Source: Squalus acanthias
Taxonomy: Eukaryota
Length of the DNA: 64,000 nt
Direction of reading: 5' to 3'
NCBI GenBank assembly: GCA_030390025.1
Contig: JASTWF010000322.1
Coordinates: forward strand, 1 to 64,000
The position numbers were made by a program, and so were the translations under genes. The notes under the pieces were generated by a model. It did not search any database and was not told the origin of the DNA. It saw only the letters and a list, made by a program, of their open reading frames with translations. Positions 25,301-39,684 of this stretch are shown piece by piece (position 1 is the first letter of the stretch; each line of letters begins with the position of its first letter).

Positions 25301-28300
25301 ATCTACCTCCGACAGTGCAGCGCTCCCTCAGTACTGGCACCGGGGAGTGTGGGCCTGGATTATGGGCTCGAGTCCTAGAGTATATACATCTACCTCCGAC
25401 AGTGCAGCGCTCCCTCAGTACTGGCACCGGGGAGTGTGGGCCTGGATTATGGGCTCGAGTCCTAGAGTATATACATCTACCTCCGACAGTGCAGCGCTCC
25501 CTCAGTACTGGCACCGGGGAGTGTGGGCCTGGATTATGGGTTTAAGTCCTAGAGTATATACATCTACCTCCGACAGTGCAGCGCTCCCTCAGTACTGGCA
25601 CCGGGGAGTGTGGGCCTGGATTATGGAGCTCGAGTCCTAGAGTATATACATCTACCTCCGACAGTGCAGCGCTCCCTCAGTACTGGCACCGGGGAGTGTG
25701 GGCCTGGATTATGGGGCTCGAGTCCTAGAGTATATACATCTACCTCCGACAGTGCAGCGCTCCCTCAGTACTGGCACCGGGGAGTGTGGGCCTGGATTAT
25801 GGGCTCGAGTCCTAGAGTATATACATCTACCTCCGACAGTGCAGCGCTCCCTCAGTACTGGCACCGGGAGTGTGGGCCTGGATTATGGGGCTCGAGTCCT
25901 AGAGTATATACATCTACCTCCGACAGTGCAGCGCTCCCTCAGTACTGGCACCGGGGAGTGTGGGCCTGGATTATGGGGCTCGAGTCCTAGAGTATATACA
26001 TCTACCTCCGACAGTGCAGCGCTCCCTCAGTACTGGCACCGGGGAGTGTGGGCCTGGATTATGGGGCTCGAGTCCTAGAGTATATACATCTACCTCCGAC
26101 AGTGCAGCGCTCCCTCAGTACTGGCACCGGGGAGTGTGGGCCTGGATTATGGGGCTCGAGTCCTAGAGTATATACATCTACCTCCGACAGTGCAGCGCTC
26201 CCTCAGTACTGGCACCGGGGAGTGTGGGCCTGGATTATGGGGCTCGAGTCCTAGAGTATATACATCTACCTCCGACAGTGCAGCGCTCCCTCAGTACTGG
26301 CACCGGGGAGTGTGGGCCTGGATTATGGGGCTCGAGTCCTAGAGTATATACATCTACCTCCGACAGTGCAGCACTCCCTCAGTACTGGCACCGGGGAGTG
26401 TGGGCCTGGATTATGGGGCTCGAGTCCTAGAGTATATACATCTACCTCCGACAGTGCAGCGCTCCCTCAGTACTGGCACCGGGGAGTGTGGGCCTGGATT
26501 ATGGAGCTCGAGTCCTAGAGTATATACATCTACCTCCGACAGTGCAGCGCTCCCTCAGTACTGGCACCGGGGAGTGTGGGCCTGGATTATGGGTTTAAGT
26601 CCTAGAGTATATACATCTACCTCCGACAGTGCAGCGCTCCCTCAGTACTGGCACCGGGGAGTGTGGGCCTGGATTATGGGGCTCGAGTCCTAGAGTATAT
26701 ACATCTACCTCCGACAGTGCAGCGCTCCCTCAGTACTGGCACCGGGGAGTGTGGGCCTGGATTATGGGGCTCAAGTCCTAGAGTATATACATCTACCTCC
26801 GACAGTGCAGCGCTCCCTCAGTACTGGCACCGGGGAGTGTGGGCCTGGATTATGGGTTTAAGTCCTAGAGTATATACATCTACCTCCGACAGTGCAGCGC
26901 TCCCTCAGTACTGGCACCGGGGAGTGTGGGCCTGGATTATGGGGCTCGAGTCCTAGAGTATATACATCTACCTCCGACAGTGCAGCGCTCCCTCAGTACT
27001 GGCACCGGGGAGTGTGGGCCTGGATTATGGGGCTCGAGTCCTAGAGTATATACATCTACCTCCGACAGTGCAGCGCTCCCTCAGTACTGGCACCGGGGAG
27101 TGTGGGCCTGGATTATGGGCTCGAGTCCTAGAGTATATACATCTACCTCCGACAGTGCAGCGCTCCCTCAGTACTGGCACCGGGGAGTGTGGGCCTGGAT
27201 TATGGGGCTCGAGTCCTAGAGTATATACATCTACCTCCGACAGTGCAGCGCTCCCTCAGTACTGGCACCGGGGAGTGTGGGCCTGGATTATGGGGCTCGA
27301 GTCCTAGAGTATATACATCTACCTCCGACAGTGCAGCGCTCCCTCAGTACTGGCACCGGGGAGTGTGGGCCTGGATTATGGGGCTCGAGTCCTAGAGTAT
27401 ATACATCTACCTCCGACAGTGCAGCGCTCCCTCAGTACTGGCACCGGGGAGTGTGGGCCTGGATTATGGGGCTCGAGTCCTAGAGTATATACATCTACCT
27501 CCGACAGTGCAGCGCTCCCTCAGTACTGGCACCGGGGAGTGTGGGCCTGGATTATGGGGCTCGAGTCCTAGAGTATATACATCTACCTCCGACAGTGCAG
27601 CGCTCCCTCAGTACTGGCACCGGGGAGTGTGGGCCTGGATTATGGGGCTCGAGTCCTAGAGTATATACATCTACCTCCGACAGTGCAGCGCTCCCTCAGT
27701 ACTGGCACCGGGGAGTGTGGGCCTGGATTATGGGGCTCGAGTCCTAGAGTATATACATCTACCTCCGACAGTGCAGCGCTCCCTCAGTACTGGCACCGGG
27801 GAGTGTGGGCCTGGATTATGGGGCTCGAGTCCTAGAGTATATACATCTACCTCCGACAGTGCAGCGCTCCCTCAGTACTGGCACCGGGGAGTGTGGGCCT
27901 GGATTATGGGCTCGAGTCCTAGAGTATATACATCTACCTCCGACAGTGCAGCGCTCCCTCAGTACTGGCACCGGGGAGTGTGGGCCTGGATTATGGGGCT
28001 CGAGTCCTAGAGTATATACATCTACCTCCGACAGTGCAGCGCTCCCTCAGTACTGGCACCGGGGAGTGTGGGCCTGGATTATGGGGCTCGAGTCCTAGAG
28101 TATATACATCTACCTCCGACAGTGCAGCGCTCCCTCAGTACTGGCACCGGGAGTGTGGGCCTGGATTATGGAGCTCGAGTCCTAGAGTATATACATCTAC
28201 CTCCGACAGTGCAGCGCTCCCTCAGTACTGGCACCGGGGAGTGTGGGCCTGGATTATGGGGCTCGAGTCCTAGAGTATATACATCTACCTCCGACAGTGC

Positions 28301-29729
28301 AGCGCTCCCTCAGTACTGGCACCGGGGAGTGTGGGCCTGGATTATGGGGCTCGAGTCCTAGAGTATATACATCTACCTCCGACAGTGCAGCGCTCCCTCA
28401 GTACTGGCACCGGGGAGTGTGGGCCTGGATTATGGGGCTCGAGTCCTAGAGTATATACATCTACCTCCGACAGTGCAGCACTCCCTCAGTACTGGCACCG
28501 GGGAGTGTGGGCCTGGATTATGGGGCTCGAGTCCTAGAGTATATACATCTACCTCCGACAGTGCAGCGCTCCCTCAGTACTGGCACCGGGGAGTGTGGGC
28601 CTGGATTATGGGGCTCGAGTCCTAGAGTATATACATCTACCTCCGACAGTGCAGCGCTCCCTCAGTACTGGCACCGGGGAGTGTGGGCCTGGATTATGGG
28701 GCTCGAGTCCTAGAGTATATACATCTACCTCCGACAGTGCAGCGCTCCCTCAGTACTGGCACCGGGGAGTGTGGGCCTGGATTATGGAGCTCGAGTCCTA
28801 GAGTATATACATCTACCTCCGACAGTGCAGCGCTCCCTCAGTACTGGCACCGGGGAGTGTGGGCCTGGATTATGGGGCTCAAGTCCTAGAGTATATACAT
28901 CTACCTCCGACAGTGCAGCGCTCCCTCAGTACTGGCACCGGGGAGTGTGGGCCTGGATTATGGGGCTCGAGTCCTAGAGTATATACATCTACCTCCGACA
29001 GTGCAGCGCTCCCTCAGTACTGGCACCGGGGAGTGTGGGCCTGGATTATGGGGCTCGAGTCCTAGAGTATATACATCTACCTCCGACAGTGCAGCGCTCC
29101 CTCAGTACTGGCACCGGGGAGTGTGGGCCTGGATTATGGGGCTCGAGTCCTAGAGTATATACATCTACCTCCGACAGTGCAGCGCTCCCTCAGTACTGGC
29201 ACCGGGGAGTGTGGGCCTGGATTATGGGGCTCGAGTCCTAGAGTATATACATCTACCTCCGACAGTGCAGCGCTCCCTCAGTACTGGCACCGGGGAGTGT
29301 GGGCCTGGATTATGGGGCTCGAGTCCTAGAGTATATACATCTACCTCCGACAGTGCAGCGCTCCCTCAGTACTGGCACCGGGAGTGTGGGCCTGGATTAT
29401 GGGGCTCGAGTCCTAGAGTATATACATCTACCTCCGACAGTGCAGCGCTCCCTCAGTACTGGCACCGGGGAGTGTGGGCCTGGATTATGGAGCTCGAGTC
29501 CTAGAGTATATACATCTACCTCCGACAGTGCAGCGCTCCCTCAGTACTGGCACCGGGGAGTGTGGGCCTGGATTATGGAGCTCGAGTCCTAGAGTATATA
29601 CATCTACCTCCGACAGTGCAGCGCTCCCTCAGTACTGGCACCGGGGAGTGTGGGCCTGGATTATGGGGCTCGAGTCCTAGAGTATATACATCTACCTCCG
29701 ACAGTGCGGCACTCCCTCTGTACTGGCAC
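10361..29729. repeat. 88-bp satellite-like array, ~220 near-identical units, within intron 2 of the GSG1-family gene
   Basis: ORF track repeats every 87-88 bp; variation is mostly in the ggggctcgag segment and G-runs. Confidence 0.98.
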
Positions 29730-29912
29730 AGATACGGGAGGGAGGATGGGATATGGGAGGGATGGTGGGATACGGGAGGGATGTTGAGATATGGGAGGTG
29801 GGTGAGATATTGGAGCGATGGTGAGATATGGGAGGGATGGTGGGATATGGGAGGGATGGTGGGATATGGGAGGGATGGTGGGATATGGGAGGGATGATGG
29901 GATATGGGAGGT
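29730..29912. repeat. G-rich ~19-bp degenerate tandem repeat (gggatatgggagggatggt)
   Basis: Direct inspection. Confidence 0.8.
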
Positions 29913-29985
29913 ACAGTGGGAAATGGCATTTCCGAGCCCCTGGCTGGAAGAATTGCCGCGGTCTTTTCCCACGGTCAGGATTTGA

Positions 29986-30735
<750 letters not shown>

Positions 30736-30736
30736 C

Positions 30737-31110
30737 ACACATCCCGTGAATTAATTTTTTTAAATGGGGTGCCAATCAAGTGGGCTGCTTTGTCCTGGAT
30801 GGTGTCGAGCTTCTTGAGTGTTGTTGGAGCTGCACTCATCCAGGCAAGTGGAGAGTATTCCATCACACTCCTGGCTTGTGCCTTGTAGATGGTGGAAAGG
30901 CTTTGGGGAGTCAGGAGGTGAGACACTCGCCGCAGAATACCCAGCCTCTGACCTGCTCTTGTTGCCACAGTATTTATGTGGCTGGTCCAGTTAAGTTTCT
31001 GGTCAATGGTGACCCCAGGATGTTGATGGTGGGGGATTCGGCAATGGTAATGCCATTGAATGTCATGATGCGGATGTCAAGGGGCGGTCATTGCCTGGCA
31101 GTTGTGTGGC
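30737..31110 (-). mobile_element. CR1/L2-group LINE fragment (second family)
   Basis: ATRAGQRLGILRRVSHLL...IYKAQARSVMEYSPLAW; same family as 46030-46800 and 59705-61650. Confidence 0.8.
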
Positions 31111-31153
31111 ATGAAGATACGAGAAATTAGGAGTGGGTTGGATTGGAGATTGA

Positions 31154-31318
<165 letters not shown>

Positions 31319-31334
31319 TAAGTATAACTCCTGC

Positions 31335-34300
31335 GACACTATCCCCATCAAACACTCCCAGGGCAGGTACAGCACGGGTTAGATACAGAGTAAAGCTCCC
31401 TCTACACTGTCCCCATCAAACACTCCCAGGGCAGGTACAGCACGGGTTAGATACAGAGTAAAGCTCCCTCTACACTGTTCAAAACAAACACTCCCAGGGC
31501 AGGTACAGCACGGGGTTAGATACAGAGTAAAGCTCCCTCTACACTGTCCCATCAAACACTCCCAGGGCAGGTACAGCACGGGTTAGATACAGAGTAAAGC
31601 TCCCTCTACACTGTCCCCATCAAACACTCCAAGGGCAGGTACAGCACGGGGTTAGATACAGAGTAAAGCTCCCTCGACACTGTCCCATCAAACACTCCCA
31701 GGGCAGGTACAGCACGGGTTAGATACAGAGTAAAGCTCCCTCTACACTGTCCCATCAAACACTCCCAGGGCAGGTACAGCACGGGGTTAGATACAGAGTA
31801 AAGCTCCCTATACACTGTCCCCATCAAACACTCCCAGGGCAGGTACAGCACGGGGATAGATACAGAGTAAAGCTCCCTCTACACTGTCCCATCAAACACT
31901 CCCAGGCCAGGTACAGCACGGGTTAGATACAGAGTAAAGCTCCCTCTACACTGTCCCATGAAACACTCCCAGGGCAGGTACAGCATGGGGTTAGATACAA
32001 AGTAAAGCTCCCTCTACACTGACCCATCAAACATTCCCAGGGCAGGTACAGCACGGGGTTAGATACAGAGTAAAGCTGCCTCTACACTGTCCCAGCAAAC
32101 ACTCCCAGGGCAGGTACAGCACGGGGTTAGATACAGAGTGAAGCTCCCTCTACACTGTCCCATCAAACACTCCCAGGGCAGGGACAGCACGGGGTTAGAT
32201 ACAGAGTAAAGCTCCCTCTACACTGTCCCCATCAAACACTCCAAGGGCAGGTACAGCACGGGGTTAGATACAGAGTAAAGCTCCCTCGACACTGTCCCAT
32301 CAAACACTACCAGGGCAGGTACAGCACGGGTTAGATACAGAGTAAAGCTCCCTCTACACTGTCCCATCAAACACTCCCAGGGCAGGTACAGCACGGGGTT
32401 AGATACAGAGTAAAGCTCCCTATACACTGTCCCATCAAACACTCCCAGGGCAGGTACAGCACGGGGTTAGATACAGAGTAAAGCTCCCTCTACACTGTCC
32501 CATCAAACACTCCCAGCCAGGTACAGCACGGGTTAGATACAGAGTAAAGCTCCCTCTACACTGTCCCATGAAACACTCCCAGGGCAGGTACAGCACGGGG
32601 TTAGATACAAAGTAAAGCTCCCTCTACACTGACCCATCAAACATTCCCAGGGCAGGTACAGCACGGGGTTAGATACAGAGTAAAGCTCCCTCTACACTGT
32701 CCCAGCAAACACTCCCAGGGCAGGTACAGCACGGGGTTAGATACAGAGTGAAGCTCCCTCTACACTGTCCCATCAAACACTCCCAGGGAAGGTACAGCAC
32801 GGGGTTAGATACAGAGTAAACCTCCCTCTACACTGTCCCCATCAAACACTCCTAGGGCAGGTACAGCACGGGTTAGATACAGAGTAAAGCTCCCTCTAAG
32901 CTCCGTGCTAAGCTTGAATAAAGGAGACTATGAAGGTATGCGAGCGGAATTGAGTAGAGTGGATTGGGAAAATAGATTAAAGGGTAAGACGACACATGAT
33001 CAGTGGTGTACATTCAAGGAGTTATTTTACAACTTCCAAAAAAAATATATTCCACTGAAAAGAAAAGGGTGTAAAAGAAAGGACAGTCATCCGTGGCTAA
33101 GTAAAGAAATTAAGGATAGTATTCGACTAAAAACAAGGGCATATAAGGTAGTGAAATCTAGTGGGAGGACAGAGGATTGGGAAAACTTTAAAAGGCAGCA
33201 AAAAATAACAAAAAGATTGATTAAGAAAGGGAAGATAGATTATGAAAGTAAATTAGCAAAAAATATAAAAACAGATAGTAAGAGTTTTTATAGTTATATA
33301 AAAAGAAAAAGGGTGGCTAAAGTAAATGTTGGTCCCTTAGAGGATGAGACCGGGAAATTAATGGTGGGAAATATGGAGATGGCAAAAACACTGAATGAAT
33401 ATTTTGTATCAGTCTTTACAGTAGAGGACACTAAGAATATCCCAACACTGGACAAACAGGTGGCTATAGGGGGAGAGGAGCTAAACACGATCAAAATCAC
33501 TAAGGAAGTGGTACTCGGTAAAATAATGGGACTCAAGGTGGATAAATCACCTGGACCTGATGGCTTACATCCTAGAGTCTTGAAGGAAGTGGCGGTAGGG
33601 ATTGTAGATGCATTGGTAATAATTTTTCAAAACTCCCTGGATTCCGCTAAGGTCCCGGCAGACTGGAAAACTGCTAATGTAACACCCTTATTTAAAAAGG
33701 GCAGTAGACAGAAGGCTGGTAACTATAGACCGGTTAGCCTAACATCTGTGGTAGGTAAAATTTTGGAGTCCATTATTAAGGAAACAGTAACAGGACATTT
33801 GGATAATCATAATTTAATAGGACAAAGTCAGCATGGTTTTACGAAGGGGAAGTCATGTTTGACAAATTTGCTGGAGTTCTTTGAAGAAGTAACATATAGA
33901 GTGGATAAAGGGGAACCAGTGGACGTAGTGTATTTAGACTTCCAAAAGGCATTTGACAAGGTGCCACACAAAAGATTATTGCTTAAGGTAAAAAATCACG
34001 GGATTGGGGGTAATATTCTGGCATGGATAGAGGATTGGCTATCTAACAGAAAGCAAAGAGTTGGGATAAATGGTTCATTCTCAGACTGGCAATCAGTAAC
34101 TAGTGGTGTTCCACAGGGGTCAGTGCTGGGTCCCCAACTCTTTACAATCTATATTAACGATTTGGAGGAAGGGACCAAGTGTAACATATCAAAATTTGCA
34201 GATGATACAAAGATGGGAGGGAAAGTAGTGAGTGAGGAGGACATAAAAAACCTGCAAGGGGACATAGACAGGCTAAGTAAGTGGGCAGAGATTTGGCAGA

Positions 34301-37300
34301 TGGAATACAACACTGGAAAGTGTGAGGTGATGCACTTTGGCAGGAAAAATCATAGAGCAATTTATTATCTTAATGGCAAGAAACTGGAGAGTACTGAAGT
34401 GCAAAGGGATCTGGGGGTCCTGGTGCACGAAACTCAAAAGGTTAGTATGCAGGTGCAGCAAGTGATTAAGAAGGCAAATGGAATGTTGGCTTTCATTGCT
34501 AGGGGGATAGAATATAAAAATAGGGAGGTATTGCTTCAGTTGTACAAGGTATTGGTGAGTCCGCACCTGGAATACTGCATACAGTTTTGGTGTCCTTACT
34601 TAAGGAAAGACATCCTTGCTCTCGAGGCAGTGCAAAAAAGGTTCACTCGGTTAATCCCGGGGATGAGGGGGTGGTCATATGAGGAGAGGTTGGGTAGATT
34701 GGGACTCTACTCATTGGAGTTCAGAAGAATGAGAGGCGATCTTATTGAAACATATAAGATTGTGAAGGGGTTGGATCGGGTGGATGCGGGGAGGATGTTC
34801 CCGATGACGGGTGAGACTAGAACTAGGGGACATAGTCTTAGAATAAGGGGCTGCTCTTTCAAAACTGAGATGAGGAGGAACTACTTCACTCAGAGGGTGG
34901 TAGGTCCATGGAATATGCTGCCACAAAAAGCTGTAGAAGCTACATCATTAAATAAATTTAAAACAGAAATAGACAGTTTCCTAGAAGTAAAGGGCATTAA
35001 GGGTTACGGGGAGCGGGCAGGAATTTGGACATGAGTCTAGTTTCGGATCGGTCATGGCCCTGTGGGTAGTGGAGCGGGCCCAGGGACCGTGTAGCCTGAT
35101 TCTGCTCCTATTTCGTGTGTGCAATTCTGTTAGATGCAGGAGATGGTTCTGTGATAGATAGTAGATTGGCGGTTAGGATCAGATCAGCCAAGATCTTACT
35201 GAATGGCGGAGCAGGCTCGAGGGGCCGATTGGCCTACTCCTGCTCCTATTTCTTATGTTCTTATGTTCTCTACACTGTCCCATCAAACACTCCCAGGGCA
35301 GGTACAGCACGGGGTTAGATACAGAGTAAAGCTCCCTCTACACTGTCCCATCAAACACTCCCAGGGCAGGTACAGCACGGGGTTAGATACAGAGTAAAGC
35401 TCCCTCTACACTGTCCCATCAAACACTCCCAGGGCAGGTACAGCACGGGGTTAGATACAGAGTAAAGCTCCCTCTACACTGTCCCATCAAACACTCCCAG
35501 GCCAGGTACAGCACGGGTTAGATACAGAGTAAAGCTCCCTCTACACTGTCCCATGAAACACTCCCAGGGCAGGTACAGCACGGGGTTAGATACAAAGTAA
35601 AGCTCCCTCTACACTGACCCATCAAACACTCCCAGGGCAGGTACAGCACGGGGTTAGATACAGAGTAAAGCTCCCTCTACACTGTCCCAGCAAACACTCC
35701 CAGGGCAGGTACAGCACGGGGTTAGATATAGAGTGAAGCTCCCTCTACACTGTTCCCTCAAACACTCCCAGGGAAGGTACAGCACGGGGTTAGATACAGA
35801 GTAAACCTCCCTCTACACTGTCCCCATCAAACACTCCTAGGGCAGGTACAGCACGGGTTAGATACAGAGTAAAGCTCCCTCTACACTGTCCCATCAAACA
35901 CTCCCAGGGCAGGTACAGCACGGGGTTAGATACAGAGTAAAGCTCCCTCTACACTGTCCCATCAAACACTCTCAGGGCAGGTACAGCACGGGGTTAGATA
36001 CAGAGTAAAGCTCCCTCTACACTGTCCCATCAAACACTCCCAGGGCAGGTACAGCACGGGGTTAGATACAGAGTAAAGCTCCCTCTACACTGTCCCATCA
36101 AACACTCCCAGGCCAGGTACAGCACGGGTTAGATACAGAGTAAAGCTCCCTCTACACTGTCCCATGAAACACTCCCAGGGCAGGTACAGCACGGGGTTAG
36201 ATACAAAGTAAAGCTCCCTCTACACTGACCCATCAAACACTCCCAGGGCAGGTACAGCACGGGGTTCGATACAGAGTAAAGCTCCCTCTACACTGTTCCA
36301 TCAAACACTCCCAGGGAAGGTACAGCACGGGGTTAGATACAGAGTAAACCTCCCTCTACACTGTCCCATCAAACACTCCTAGGGCAGGTACAGCACGGGT
36401 TAGATACAGAGTAAAGCTCCCTCTACACTGTCCCATCAAACACTCCCAGGGCAGGTACAGCACGGGGTTAGATACAGAGTAAACCTCCCTCTACACTGTC
36501 CCCATCAAACACTCCTAGGGCAGGTACAGCACGGGTTAGATACAGAGTAAAGCTCCCTCTACACTGTCCCATCAAACACTCCCAGGGCAGGTACAGCACG
36601 GGGTTAGATACAGAGTAAAGCTCCCTCTACACTGTCCCATCAAACACTCCCAGGCCAGGTACAGCACGGGTTAGATACAGAGTAAAGCTCCCTCTACACT
36701 GTCCCATGAAACACTCCCAGGGCAGGTACAGCACGGGGTTAGATACAAAGTAAAGCTCCCTCTACACTGACCCATCAAACATTCACAGGGCGGGTACAGC
36801 ACGGGGTTAGATACAGAGTAAAGCTCCCTCTACACTGTCCCAGCAAACACTCCCAGGGCAGGTACAGCACGGGGTTAGATACAGAGTAAAGCTCCCTCTA
36901 CACTGTCCCATCAAACACTCCCAGGGCAGGTACAGCACGGGTTAGATACAGAGTAAAGCTCCCTCTACACAATCCCATCAAACACTCCCAGGGCAGGTCC
37001 AGCACGGGGTTAGATACAGAGTAAAGCTCCCTCTACACTGTCCCATCAAACACTCCCAGGACAGGTACAGCACGGGTTAGATACAGAGTAAAGCTCCCTC
37101 TACACTGTCCCATCAAACACTCCCAGGGCAGGTACAGCACGGGGTTAGATACAGAGTAAAGCTCCCTCTACACTGTCCCATCAAACACTCCCAGGCCAGG
37201 TACAGCACGGGTTAGATACAGAGTAAAGCTCCCTCTACACTGTCCCATGAAACACTCCCAGGGCAGGTACAGCACGGGGTTAGATACAAAGTAAAGCTCC

Positions 37301-38005
37301 CTCTACACTGACCCATCAAACATTCCCAGGGCAGGTACAGCACGGGGTTAGATACAGAGTAAAGCTCCCTCTACACTGTCCCAGCAAACACTCCCAGGGC
37401 AGGTACAGCACGGGGTTAGATACAGAGTGAAGCTCCCTCTACACTGTCCCATCAAACACTCCCAGGGCAGGTACAGCACGGGGTTAGATACAAAGTAAAG
37501 CTCCCTCTACACTGTCCCAGCAAACACTCCCAGGGCAGGTACAGCACGGGTTAGATACAGAGTAAAGCTCCCTCTACACTGTCCCATCAAACACTCCCAG
37601 GGCAGGTACAGCACGGGGTTAGATACAAAGTAAAGCTCCCTCTACACTGTCCCATCAAACACTCCCAGGGCAGGTACAGCACGGGGTTAGATACAGAGTG
37701 AAGCTGCCTCTACACTGTCCCATCAAACACTCCCAGGGCAGGTACAGCACGTGGTTAGATACAGAGTAAAGCTCCCTCTACACTGTCCCATCAAACACTC
37801 CCAGGGCAGGTACAGCACGGGTTAGATACAGAGTAAAGCTCCCTCTACACTGTCCCATCAAACACTCCCAGGGCAGGTACAGCACGGGGTTAGATACAGA
37901 GTAAAGCTCCCTCTAAACTGTCCCATCAAACACTCCCAGGGCAGGTACAGCACGGGTTAGATACAGAGTAAAGCTCCCTCTACAGCGTCCCGTCAAACAC
38001 TCACC
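31335..38005. repeat. 67-68-bp minisatellite (~63 units) interrupted by a CR1
   Basis: Unit cactgtcccatcaaacactcccagggcaggtacagcacggggttagatacagagtaaagctccctcta; blocks 31335-32898 and 35268-38005. Confidence 0.95.
32899..35267 (+). mobile_element. Young 5'-truncated CR1 LINE with uninterrupted 709-codon ORF2 portion (RT domain)
   Basis: ORF 32905-35034 has KSPGPDG, NYRPVSLTS, QHGF, YLDFQKAFDKV, GVPQGSVLGP, FADD; 3' stem-loop and (ttcttatg)n tail; possible ctcta TSD. Confidence 0.95.
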
Positions 38006-38321
38006 CGGGGCAGGTTGCGGAGGGGAGGGTGAAGATAGGACTCCGTAAGCTCACCGTCTAACCTTATCTCTTCACTGAAGGTCGTGTGAAAGGTTGAGCT
38101 GGTTGATTGCAATCAATGTTATTTTTTGATCTTCCCATATCTCTGCGCCTCTGTTAAGCCCAAGGATTAGGTGGTAGGGTAAATTGGATCCAGGAGCTCA
38201 GTGCTTTAGTCGAAAGAGGATTACAAGTGTTACAGATGTAAAGGAATAAAACACGAGGGAATTCAATACACATCAGTGTTCGAGCCATCGTGGGAATATG
38301 GCGTCCACTTCTCTCAGTTGG

Positions 38322-38650
38322 TGTCTGCCGTGGTTCAGTGGGCGGCACTCTCTCGTCCTGGAGTCAGAAGGTCGAGGGTTCAAGCCCGCACTCAAGAGAC
38401 TCAAGCCCCATAATCCAGGCCCACACTCCCCGGTGCCAGTACTGAGGGAGCGCTGCACTGTCGGAGGTAGATGTATATACTCTAGGACTCGAGCCCCATA
38501 ATCCAGGCCCACACTCCCCGGTGCCAGTACTGAGGGAGTGCTGCACTGTCGGAGGTAGATGTATATACTCTAGGACTCGAGCCCCATAATCCAGGCCCAC
38601 ACTCCCCGGTGCCAGTACTGAGGGATCGCTGCACTGTCGGAGGTGCCGTC
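38322..38650 (+). mobile_element. tRNA-derived SINE head followed by 3 units of the 88-bp repeat
   Basis: A-box-like tggttcagtgg and B-box-like ggttcaagccc, then reverse-complement 88-bp units. Confidence 0.75.
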
Positions 38651-38651
38651 A

Positions 38652-39200
38652 CACGAGGATGAGAATTGTCGGACTGCAGGAGGTTACAGAGATAGGGAGG
38701 GGGCAAGGAGTCATGGAGGGATTTGAACAGGAGGATGAGAATTGTAGGGCTGCAGGAGGTTACAGAGATAGGGAGGGGGCGAGGGCCATGGAGGGATTTG
38801 AACAGGAGGATGAGAATTGTAGGGGCTGGAGGAGGTTACAGAGATAGGGAGGGGAGGCGAGGGGCCATGGAGGGATTTGAACAGGAGGATGAGAATTGTA
38901 GGGGCTGGAGGAGGTTACAGAGATAGGGAGGGGGCGAGGGGCCATGGAGGGATTTGAACAGGAGGATGAGAATTGTAGGGGCTGGAGGAGGTTACAGAGA
39001 TAGGGAGGGGGCGAGGGGCCATGGAGGGATTTGAACAGGAGGATGAGAATTGTAGGGGCTGGAGGAGGTTACAGAGATAGGGAGGGGGCGAGGGGCCATG
39101 GAGGGATTTGAACAGGAGGATGAGAATTGTAGGGGCTGGAGGAGGTTACAGAGATAGGGAGGGGGGCGAGGACCATGGAGGGATTTGAACCCGAGGATGG
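38652..39200 (-). repeat. 76-bp L2-derived minisatellite (~7 units)
   Basis: Same unit as 1760-4520. Confidence 0.92.
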
Positions 39201-39233
39201 GTTTCCTAACGCTGCCCGCTTCCCTCCCAACAG

Positions 39234-39510
39234 CCTGGCCTGGTTCTCCTTCAGTTGTTGCATGGCTTCGGCCGTCACCAGCCTCAACGCCTACACCAAG
39301 ACCGCCGCCCAGATCAAGTACGCCAAGCGGGCCCAGGAGTGCTGCGGGCCGGGGCCGCGGCTGGTCCTGGACCCTGAGGACGTCCAGTTCCTGTGGGAGC
39401 GCTCGGTCTTCTCCGTCGACGGCTCCCTGGAGGGGCGGAGGGAGGGGCCGGAGCTCCCAGGGGGGAACGTCGGGAGCCTGCCCGACTCTCTGGACGAGGA
39501 GCTGTGCTGA
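39234..39510 (+). CDS. GSG1/GSG1L-family gene, terminal coding exon 5 (TM4 + tail)
   Basis: Branch-like cctaac, then ccctcccaacag| acceptor, phase 2; LAWFSFSCCMASAVTSLNAYTKT...DEELC-TGA; exons sum to 879 nt = 292 aa + stop. Confidence 0.9.
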
Positions 39511-39684
39511 TCCTGGCGGTCGCCAAAGCAGATCGGACCGTTGGGACAGCTGATGGTTTTATTGGGGGGTGGGTGGGCGGGGAGGACTTGGGTGATGGTC
39601 AGTTGGTCAATGGTCGCTCTCTTCTGGAATCCATGCGCAGGTTCCTCTCTCTGATTGGTGGAAGGTTGCATTGGCTCAAACACG

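Noticed and set aside
10348..29897. Hundreds of near-identical 68-185 aa ORFs (MGLDYGARVLEY...)
   Set aside because: Artefact of translating an 88-bp unit (not a multiple of 3); GTG starts; intronic; no recognisable domain
32905..35034. Domesticated reverse transcriptase gene
   Set aside because: 5'-truncated with no ATG start, ends in a typical CR1 tail, and has near-identical fragments elsewhere; best explained as a recent insertion
38322..38400. tRNA gene
   Set aside because: No complete cloverleaf; it is a SINE head contiguous with SINE body sequence
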